A DNA stretch of 64,000 bases from Desulfobacterales bacterium (GTDB taxonomy: Bacteria; Desulfobacterota; Desulfobacteria; Desulfobacterales; UBA2174): NCBI GenBank assembly GCA_963668645.2, contig CAXXWC010000021.1:224001-288000 (forward strand). The letters run 5' to 3'. Numbering within the stretch: the first letter of the stretch is position 1; the number at the start of each line of letters is the position of its first letter. Positions 32,729 through 41,000 of this stretch are shown here, piece by piece. The notes beneath the pieces are model-generated. The model was not told the DNA's origin, searched no databases, and saw nothing but the letters and a program-made list of their open reading frames with translations. The position numbers and the translations under genes were made by a program.

Positions 32729-34150
32729 TCAGATTCCAGTGCTCGGGTCGAGTGGGAAAGGCGATGCCCGGCGGGTCCTTTCGTAAACCCGCTGGCGGGC
32801 CCGGGCCGCGGCCGCCAGCACGTCCACCCGCGCATCCACGTAGTCGTAGACCCGGGCTTTGCGTTTACCCGGGGCCGGGCGCAGGACCCTGCCCAGGTAC
32901 TGCAGCACCCGCCCGCTGAAGCGGATCGGGGTGGCAAAAAAGAGGGTCCCCAGCTCGCGGCAGTCGAAGCCCTCGCCAATGAGCTGGCCGGTGGCCACCA
33001 GCACCTGCACTTGCCCCTGGTTGAGCTTTTCGAGCACCGCCTGGCGCTCGGCTGCGGCCATGTCGCCGGTGAGCCGTTCGGCCCCGATGCCGTGCCGGTA
33101 TTGTAAAAGGGCCTGGAGCGTTTCACAGTGGCGCCGGCGATCGGAAAGCACCAAAATGGCGCCCGGCCGGGCCGCAGCCTCACTGGCCACATCGTCGGCG
33201 ATCATGCGGTTGCGCCGGTCGTCGCCGGTCAATTCCGAGAGCATCCGGCTGTATTCGTTGACCGCATCGGCATAAGGTGAAAACTCGGTATGGCGCCAGA
33301 TCACCTCGGCATCCAGCACGTCCCCGCTCGATACCAGCCGGCCCTGGTCGATCTCGTGGCACAGGTTGCCCAGGTGCCAGAAAATCAGCTGGGACAGCTT
33401 GTCCCGGCGATACGGGGTGGCCGAAAGCCCGAGCATATAGCGGCTGTCAAAGGCGGTAACCGCTTCGGTAAAAGTCCGGCTCGGGCACCGGTGGCATTCA
33501 TCCACCACCACGAAGCCGATCCGCGGCGCCACGGCCTCGACATGCTTGTAAAGGGTCTGGACCATGGCCACGGTGACCGCATCGCCGATGCACACCTTGC
33601 CGTGGCCGATCCGCCCTACGGCCTCGGGCGGAATGTCGAGAAACTGGCCGATACGTTCGATCCACTGGTTTTGCAGCTCGCGCGTGTGGACGACAATCAG
33701 CGTCGGCTGGCGCCTGGCCGCGATCGCAGCCAGAGCCATGACGGTCTTGCCCGAACCGGTAGGCGCGCTGAGCACCCCGAAATCCTTGGCCAGGCAGGCG
33801 TCCACCGCCTGCTGTTGGAAGGGTTTGAGGGTCCCGCCGAAGTTCAACGCGCAAGGTTCCAGTGAACGCCTCCGATCCGCGATGCGAAAGGGGACGGCGC
33901 GGCTGCGCAGCAGATCCACCAGCGGGCGGAGGTAGCCCCGCGGCACGCGCAGCCCGTCGCGCCCCAGCTCCTCATAGAATTTCAGAATCTTAGGGATATT
34001 GCGGGTCCAGCGGCCCAGGCGGACCGCCTCGAGGTAGCGCGGATTCTCGAATTGGAGCTTGCCCTTGAGGGTCTGGCGCAAATCGGCTGTCAGACGCCGG
34101 ATGGTCAGGGCCGCGTCCAGGGTCATGACCAATTCGGGAGGCAGGCTCAT
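32729..34150 (-). CDS. SF2 DEAD/DEAH-box helicase (ResIII/XPB-like)
   Basis: LKPFQQQA, APTGSGKT, VVVDECHR, GLSATPYRRD, IGEGFD, QYLGRVLR, VYDYVD. Start overlaps the upstream gene's stop (ATGA). Confidence 0.88.
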   Translation of the reverse strand: MSLPPELVMTLDAALTIRRLTADLRQTLKGKLQFENPRYLEAVRLGRWTRNIPKILKFYEELGRDGLRVPRGYLRPLVDLLRSRAVPFRIADRRRSLEPCALNFGGTLKPFQQQAVDACLAKDFGVLSAPTGSGKTVMALAAIAARRQPTLIVVHTRELQNQWIERIGQFLDIPPEAVGRIGHGKVCIGDAVTVAMVQTLYKHVEAVAPRIGFVVVDECHRCPSRTFTEAVTAFDSRYMLGLSATPYRRDKLSQLIFWHLGNLCHEIDQGRLVSSGDVLDAEVIWRHTEFSPYADAVNEYSRMLSELTGDDRRNRMIADDVASEAAARPGAILVLSDRRRHCETLQALLQYRHGIGAERLTGDMAAAERQAVLEKLNQGQVQVLVATGQLIGEGFDCRELGTLFFATPIRFSGRVLQYLGRVLRPAPGKRKARVYDYVDARVDVLAAAARARQRVYERTRRASPFPLDPSTGI

Positions 34151-34782
34151 GGTCCGGTCCCCACCTCCGGCACGAGGCCGGCGCGGCGCTTGACCCGCAG
34201 CATTCCCGGGCTGGTGTTGAGATACATCAACGGTGAACGGTACCCGGCCGCCATCCACCACTGCTCCAGATCGTCAAAGAGCACAGGCCGGTCCGGCCAG
34301 CGGAAACGGCCGGCTTCGTCACGCAGCGACTGCCAGCAGCTTTTCAAATCCGGCTCGGGGTCGAGGACCTGCGCCTCTGCGCGGTCGCACAAAAACAGGG
34401 CGCAGCCCAGGGGCCGGATGCGCCACAGGCAGCCCTGCGCTCCCAGGTAGATGCACTTGAACCCGGTGTTGGGCTGAAGCAGACGCCGCTCCAGGGTCTC
34501 GAGTTCATCGGGACTGGAGGCCAGCGCGTTGATGACCGCATCGGCGAAAAATGTGATGATCCCTTCGCGGCTGCAACAGGCGCTGAGCCTGTTGCTATAG
34601 CAGCTCGGCTGGCATACGGCCCGAAAATGAATCTCGAGAAAATCATCCAGCCGCCGGCGATAGTCGCGGTAGTCGGCCAGAGCGGCGTCGATCTGTACCG
34701 TCATCCACCTTTGGGTCGCCGACAGATGGGCGCGGATCATCTCGAGCGCCTGTTGCTGCTCCTGCTGGTAGGCGGATGGCAT
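34147..34782 (-). CDS. Cys-rich hypothetical protein (YkgJ/zinc- or iron-chelating-like)
   Basis: CQPSC...ACC...CIYLGAQGCLWRIRPLGCALFLC pattern. Confidence 0.6.
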   Translation of the reverse strand: MPSAYQQEQQQALEMIRAHLSATQRWMTVQIDAALADYRDYRRRLDDFLEIHFRAVCQPSCYSNRLSACCSREGIITFFADAVINALASSPDELETLERRLLQPNTGFKCIYLGAQGCLWRIRPLGCALFLCDRAEAQVLDPEPDLKSCWQSLRDEAGRFRWPDRPVLFDDLEQWWMAAGYRSPLMYLNTSPGMLRVKRRAGLVPEVGTGP

Positions 34783-34923
34783 CCTGTTCACTGGTCCTTG
34801 CTGGTGTCCTGGTGTCGTCCGGGCGGCATGCGGATCGGTTCCTGCCAGTCTCCTGTCAAACCCGGAGACTGGATTCCCTATAGCGGTTTTAACAGCGGTT
34901 GACAAACAGCGCGTCCCCTGTTT

Positions 34924-36690
34924 ATGGGTTCCTGGATGAAGACCCCCCTTGCCCCAGGCGACCGCGGGACTACGGCCCAGGCCCTTTACCAGAGCATCTT
35001 CGAACATGCCGGCGCCCCGTCTATCATCGTTGAGGATGACTTCGGCATCTCCATGGCCAACCCGGAGTTCGCCCGTCTGACCGGCTTTTCATGCGAAGAA
35101 ATCCAGGGACGCATGACCCTGCTCGATTTTCTGCCCGAAGAAGAGATCGAACGGGTGCGCACTTATCATAAGGCGCGGCGCGACGGACGCCAGGATGTGC
35201 CGAGCCATTACGAGTGCCGCATCCGGGTGCGCAGCGGCAAGCTGCGCCACATCCTGATGAAGGTCGGCCTGATTCCCGGACCGCGGCGCACCATCGCCTC
35301 GCTCACCGACATCACCTCCCTCAGGCAGGCGACTGAGGCCCTGGCCGAGCGCGAGGCTCTCTACAGCGCCATTCTGGAAGGCTACGAAGGCTACATCTAT
35401 TTCATCGGCCCGGATTTCCGCCTGCGTTTTCTCAACGAAAACCTCATGCGGACGATCGGCGGCGACGCCACGGGTCAGTTCTGCCACCGGGCTCTGCACG
35501 GACGCGAGAGCCCCTGTCCCTGGTGCGTCAGCGACCAGGTTTTCGCCGGCCGCACGGTGCGCTTCGAGATGCGCAATCCCCACGACAAGCGCTGGTACTA
35601 CAGCGTCAACATCCCCATCCGCCACGCGGACGGCAGCCTGTCCTACCAGGCCATGATCGAGGACATCCACGAGCGCAAGCAGATGGAACTGGCCCTGCGC
35701 CACAGCGAATCGCAACTGCGCCAGGAAAACCGGCAACTGCGCTCGTCGCTCCAGGAACGCAACCGCTTCGGTCCCATCATCGGCCGCAGCCCGGCCATGC
35801 AGGCCGTCTACGAGATAATCGGTAAGGCGGCGGCCAGCGATGCCAACATCATCATCTACGGCGAATCGGGAACCGGCAAGGAACTCGTGGCCCGGGCGAT
35901 CCACGACAGCAGCGCCCGGCGGGACAAGGCCTTTGTTCCGGTCAACTGCGGCGCCATTCCTGAAAACCTTGTGGAAAGTGAATTTTTCGGGCATCGCAAA
36001 GGCGCCTTTTCCGGTGCCGTGACCGACAAACCGGGATTTCTGGACGCCGCCCGGGGCGGCACCCTCTTTCTGGACGAAGTGGGCGAAATCGACGAAAACG
36101 TCCAGGTCAAACTGCTGCGGGCCGTCGAAGGGGGCGGCTATACCCCGGTGGGGGGGACCAAACTGCATCGAGCCGACATGCGCATCATCGCCGCCACCAA
36201 TCGGGACCTGACCGTGCTGGTGGACGGCGGCCAGATGCGCCAGGATTTCTACTATCGCATCCATATCGTTCCGATTCATCTGCCGCCTCTGCGCGAGCGG
36301 CGCGAGGATATCTCCCTTCTGGTGGAAGCCCTGCTGGCCGCCTACCCGTCCGAATGCCGCCCCCGGCTAACCCCTGAACTGATCCGACGCCTGGAAGCCT
36401 ATCACTGGCCGGGCAACGTGCGTGAACTGCAAAACGTGCTCCATCGACTCGCCACCATCGGCCGGCTCGATCTGGGCCGCCACGAGACGGCCCGGCGTGG
36501 TGGACTCGACCCTCCGAGCACGGCCCGGGATGCGGCCCGGCCGCTGCGCGCGACCATGGCCGACGCCGAACGACAACTGATTTTAGAAAGCCTGGAGCAG
36601 CATCGCTGGAACCGCAAAGCCGCAGCCCGTCAGATGGGAATCGGCCTGCGGACCCTGCAACGAAAACTCAAGATGCTTGGGATCACCTGA
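34924..36690 (+). CDS. sigma-54-dependent transcriptional activator (PAS-PAS-AAA+-Fis HTH)
   Basis: Two PAS-like domains, GESGTGKE, ESEFFGHRKGAFSGA, GGTLFLDEVG, RIIAATN, WPGNVRELQN, C-terminal HTH (NRKAAARQMGIGLRTLQRKLK). Confidence 0.93.
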   Translation: MGSWMKTPLAPGDRGTTAQALYQSIFEHAGAPSIIVEDDFGISMANPEFARLTGFSCEEIQGRMTLLDFLPEEEIERVRTYHKARRDGRQDVPSHYECRIRVRSGKLRHILMKVGLIPGPRRTIASLTDITSLRQATEALAEREALYSAILEGYEGYIYFIGPDFRLRFLNENLMRTIGGDATGQFCHRALHGRESPCPWCVSDQVFAGRTVRFEMRNPHDKRWYYSVNIPIRHADGSLSYQAMIEDIHERKQMELALRHSESQLRQENRQLRSSLQERNRFGPIIGRSPAMQAVYEIIGKAAASDANIIIYGESGTGKELVARAIHDSSARRDKAFVPVNCGAIPENLVESEFFGHRKGAFSGAVTDKPGFLDAARGGTLFLDEVGEIDENVQVKLLRAVEGGGYTPVGGTKLHRADMRIIAATNRDLTVLVDGGQMRQDFYYRIHIVPIHLPPLRERREDISLLVEALLAAYPSECRPRLTPELIRRLEAYHWPGNVRELQNVLHRLATIGRLDLGRHETARRGGLDPPSTARDAARPLRATMADAERQLILESLEQHRWNRKAAARQMGIGLRTLQRKLKMLGIT

Positions 36691-36702
36691 ATAAGGGAGT
36701 GG

Positions 36703-36810
36703 CAGCCAAAATCGGCGCTTTAAGTGCCATTTCTGGCACAATTTCCTTATCTTGATTTATTCCTACCAGTTCGAAATTCAATCGCCATAAACAGTGCCAA
36801 TATTGGCACT
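36703..36810. promoter_or_regulatory. Repeated GTGCCA-N4-TGGCAC palindromes; candidate upstream activator sites
   Basis: GTGCCATTTCTGGCAC (36724-36739), perfect AGTGCCAATATTGGCACT (36793-36810), degenerate CAGCCAAAATCGGCGC (36703-36718). Confidence 0.6.
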
Positions 36811-36911
36811 TTTGCGGAAACGCCCGCCCGTTTCGTCCCATCGCTCGACGATCTCAATACTTACTTTTATTTCAATATTTTATTCGTCTTATAGGAGAAA
36901 TTTAGAACGGC

Positions 36912-36927
36912 TGGCACGCCTTGTGAT
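36912..36927 (+). promoter_or_regulatory. Candidate sigma-54 (-24/-12) promoter
   Basis: TGGCACGCCTTGTGAT versus consensus TGGCACG-N4-TTGCW; the -12 element is imperfect. An AT-rich IHF-like stretch (TTTCAATATTTTA, 36870-36882) lies upstream. Confidence 0.5.
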
Positions 36928-37032
36928 TATCAAACGCGCGGTGTCATCATCGACAACCACCAGCCCAAGCGGGCAATTCAAACCCGGGATCGCCAACACG
37001 CATTGGATCCCATCAAAGAAAAGGCATCAATC

Positions 37033-37170
37033 ATGAACCTTGCACATCGCCCCACGATTTCCCATCCTCGCCATCAGACCTCCGAAGGCCGCGCCTACCT
37101 GCACTCTTTTTGCGCCGTCACCGTTTTCATCGCCCTGGCCCTGGTCTATTTTAAAGATCTTCTGTTTTGA
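37033..37170 (+). CDS. Small 45-aa putative single-pass membrane protein (not in the ORF track)
   Basis: MNLAHRPTISHPRHQTSEGRAYLHSFCAVTVFIALALVYFKDLLF*. AAAGG RBS. Followed by hairpin 37183-37208. Confidence 0.5.
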   Translation: MNLAHRPTISHPRHQTSEGRAYLHSFCAVTVFIALALVYFKDLLF

Positions 37171-37182
37171 GCACGCCACCAA

Positions 37183-37208
37183 CAGCGCCGCCCGCAGCGG
37201 CGGCGCTG
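37183..37208 (+). terminator. GC-rich hairpin (possible terminator)
   Basis: CAGCGCCGCC-CGCAGC-GGCGGCGCTG, 10-bp stem, weak U tail. Confidence 0.35.
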
Positions 37209-37332
37209 CTTCCTGCCGTTCAACCCAGCGCCCACTTTCCCCAATCCGCCAAAACCGGTTGACCCTGATACACGACCTCGATATAGGAAGCAGACGCATT
37301 CCCCCCTTTCAACACCACGGATCATTGACGCC

Positions 37333-37800
37333 ATGCTTCAAATCGATCTCCAAGAGGTCCGTGAGGCCATTTCCGCCGGTCCCCACGCCCATTTTCTGGA
37401 AGCACTCGAAGACGATGAACTGCTTTCGAGAATCCTCAAGGTCGCAGATCGTCAGATTCGTCTCAGACCGGCGAACCTGATTCCTCACCGGGTGGGCCAT
37501 CTGCTCCACAACCTGCTCCACCTTCGACCTGAGGTGCGTACGACATTATTCAACCATCTGTTTTATTTTTTACAATTAGCACCCGATATTAAAGATTATC
37601 CGGAGGCTGAAACACCCTCTGAAAACTCGGCTTCGTTTTCCGGTGGGGATTTATTGATGCCTGCCGTCGCCCCTCCGGCAATGCCCCCTGCCCCGAGCAA
37701 AGCGGCCTTCTACCAGTTCCAGCGGCGCCCGCCGGATCTCTTCGACCGCTTCCTGAACCAAGTCGCCGTCCTGATGCGCGGATGGACGTGTCAGCTTTAA
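37333..37800 (+). CDS. Hypothetical protein
   Basis: 155-aa ATG ORF with natural-looking helical composition, filling an otherwise empty interval. No family recognised. Confidence 0.5.
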   Translation: MLQIDLQEVREAISAGPHAHFLEALEDDELLSRILKVADRQIRLRPANLIPHRVGHLLHNLLHLRPEVRTTLFNHLFYFLQLAPDIKDYPEAETPSENSASFSGGDLLMPAVAPPAMPPAPSKAAFYQFQRRPPDLFDRFLNQVAVLMRGWTCQL

Positions 37801-37970
37801 AGCGTCAACCCCTGGCCCCTTACAAAGACCTGACTCAGCCCTGCGCCTCGTGCGTCTCAGCGACCGGATTCGTGGGTTCGATCGGCGAGGATGCACGCGA
37901 TGGCCGCCCCAGTCCGGCTGCGAATCGATGGTTTTTACCCAAAAACGTCGATGCACCGGTTCTGTTCGCC

Positions 37971-37999
37971 TTGCCTTGTTAGGGTGAAGCGGATATAAA
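37971..37999 (+). promoter_or_regulatory. sigma70-type promoter for the pfaC-oleABCD unit
   Basis: TTGCCT(37971)-17-TATAAA(37994), about 40 bp before ATG38038. Imperfect inverted repeat at 37924-37952 upstream. Confidence 0.4.
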
Positions 38000-38037
38000 T
38001 AGCGTTTTGGCTCGAACCCTATGAAATTCAAGGTAGT

Positions 38038-41000
38038 ATGCAAAAACCGTTTGAAATCGCCGTGGTGGGCATGGGCGGGGTTTTCCCCGGCGCCCCGGAT
38101 ACGGCCACATTCTGGCGCAACATCTGCGACGCCCGTTCGGCCATCTCAGACGCGCCACCTGAACGTTGGATCGCCCCGGCAGAAGCCGTGGTCCGTAGCG
38201 CCCCTGAACCGGACAAGGCTCTGGGCCGCAGATGCGGCCTGGTGACCGGGCTGGATTTTGATCCGGATGGATTCACCCTGCCTGCAAGCGAAATCCGGGA
38301 CCTGGATCCGCTCTATCATCTGGTTTTGCAGGCCGGCCGCGAGGCCGTGGCCGGCGGATGCCTCCGGCGTGTCCACACCCGGCGCGCGGGTACGATTCTG
38401 GCGGCCATCGCCCTGCCCACCAACGGCTCCTCCCTTCTGGCCCACCATCTCTTTTCCCAGGCCGTGGCGGCCCAGATCGATCCGGCCGGAAAAGCGAGGC
38501 TGCACCCGCCCTCCCGGGCTGCATGCCGGGCTGCGCGGGTCACCGGATTTCCGGCCGCTGTGCTGGCCTCAGCCCTGGATCTGGGCGGCGGCGGGTACAC
38601 CCTGGATGCGGCCTGCGCCAGTTCCCTTTACGCCGTACGCCTGGCCTGCGATGCACTGACCGCCGGGCGCCTGGACGCGGTCCTGGCCGGCGGGGTTTCG
38701 CGGCCCGATTGCCTCTATACCCAGATCGGCTTCAGCCAGCTGCGGGCCCTTTCCCCCTCAGGCCGCTGCGCCCCGTTCGACGCGGGGGCCGACGGTCTGG
38801 TAGTGGGCGAAGGGGCCGGGATCCTGGTCCTCAAACGCCTGGCCGACGCCGTAGCGGCCGGTGATCCCATCCACGCCGTGATCCGGGCTGCGGGTCTGTC
38901 CAACGACATGCGCGGCAACCTGCTGGCCCCCGAGGTGCTGGGCCAGGTACGGGCCATGCACAACGCCTACCGCCAGGCAGGCTGGATTCCGGGGCGGGTG
39001 GACCTGATTGAATGCCACGGCGCCGGCACCCCGGTGGGTGACCGCACCGAAATTGAAAGCCTGCACCGGCTCATCGCCGATAATGGACCGCCGCCGGGTG
39101 CCTGCGCCATCGGATCGATCAAATCGATGATCGGCCACCTGCTCACCGCCGCCGGGGCAGCCGGATTGATCAAGACCATCCTGGCGATGCAAAACCGGGT
39201 TCTTCCCCCTTCGCTCAATTTCACCACCCCGGCCGATGCGCGTCTGGACGGCAGCGGACCTTTCCGCGTCCAGACCCGGGCGTCGTCATGGGAGCCGGTT
39301 CATGGCGACGGTTTGCGCCGGGCCGCAGTGAGCGCATTCGGCTTCGGCGGCATCAACGCCCACCTGCTGATGGAGCAGTGGCGCCCTGAGCCCAGCGTCC
39401 GGCAAGCAGCTCACGTCGCTACGCAAAAACCGATGCCGGTGGCCATCGTGGGCCTGGCGGCCCGGGTGGGAAGCCGGGAGGGGCTGTCACCCCTGGCGGA
39501 CGGGGCCCCATACCTTGCCCCTCTTTCGGACCGGCGCTGGCGCGGACTGGGACGCATGGCGGACAGGATCTTCACCCAAAGGCCCAGGGGGGCATTCGTC
39601 GAAAACCTGGAATTTCCCGCCGGCCGTTTTCGCATTCCGCCCAGCGAAATCCCGGATCTTCTGGCCCAGCAGCTCTTGATGCTCCAGGTGGGGGCCGCGG
39701 CCCTGGCCGATGCTGGGCTGCCCGTGCGCGATCAGCGCCCGCGCATGGGAACAGTGATCGGCATGGAATTCGATCCCCAGGCTACAGATTTTTACCTGCG
39801 CTGGCGCTGGACCCGCGTCGGGGACCGCTGCGAACCGGAATCCCAATGGCCGGCTGACCTTGACGATCCCCAGGCCCTGGCCGCCTGGCGCCGTCATCTG
39901 GGCCAGGCGGTCTCCCCGCCCCTGACCCCCACCCGCACCGTGGGCAATTTGGGCGGGATCGTGGCCAGCCGCCTGGCGCGCGAATTCGGTCTTGGCGGTC
40001 CGAGCTTCGGGGTCTCGGCCCAGGCCCTGGGCGGGTTGCAGGCTCTGGAAATCGCCGTGCGCTTCCTGCAGCAGGGTGAGGCCGACCTGATGCTGGCCGG
40101 GGCCGTGGAGCTCACCGGGGATCTGCGCAACCTGGTGGCGAACCATGTCCTGGACGGGCTTGGCGGCCCGCAGCTGCCGGTGGGTGAAGGGGCCCTGGCC
40201 CTGGTGCTCAAGCGGCTTGATGACGCCCGGAGCGACGGTGATCGGATCCACGCCGTCATCGAAGGGATCGGCGCGGCCTCGGGTACCTGGCACGATCAAG
40301 CTCCCATGGCCCCCGAAGTCCTGGTGCACGCCGCGACAGCGGCCTTTGAGGAAGCCGGACCCAGAGCCGGCCAAATCGACGGGGTCGCGCCCCTCGGTAC
40401 CGGATTCGAACGGATCGAGAGCGTCGAAAATGAGGCCCTGGCCGCCATCTTCGATCCTGATCCTGCGCCTCCGGCCGACACGGCGCTCCCAATCTGCGGC
40501 TTTGCCGGCTGCGCCGCCGGCCTGACGGCCCTGGTGCGGGCGGTCCTGCGTATGGACGGCTGTTCCGGGCCTGCGGGCTCTCCGGCTTCAGACGAAAAAA
40601 TTTCCCCACCGCCACATAGGGCCGTGCTGGTGGGAGGGCCGAGTACGGACGGCGGCGCTCTCTACCTGGTGCTGTCCGGCGGCGGGTCCGGCCGGAAGCG
40701 GGACGCCGCCCAAAGTCCTGATAACGGGGCAAAGATCGCCGTTCCGGTCAGCCGCCCGCTGCAGATTCCGCCCCTGCCCCCTGGGCCGGCGGCCCGCAGC
40801 GCGGGGGAGCCTTCTATTTCGCGGCCGAATGAAGAAGATCCAGCGGCCGCCCTGAACCGCTTGGTGGCCGGCAGCGCAGCAATGGCCCGGGCCCATGAAG
40901 CGTATCTGGATCTGTCGCTCCAGCTTCGCCGGCAGTACATCGAGGCCCTGGGGCTCCAGGCGCGCCTGGGGGCCGCACTGGCGTCCGAGCCCGGGGTGCG

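Noticed and set aside
36734..36815. TGGCAC words at 36734 and 36804 as sigma-54 promoters
   Set aside because: They lack a correctly spaced -12 TTGC and are right halves of palindromes, so they fit activator sites better.
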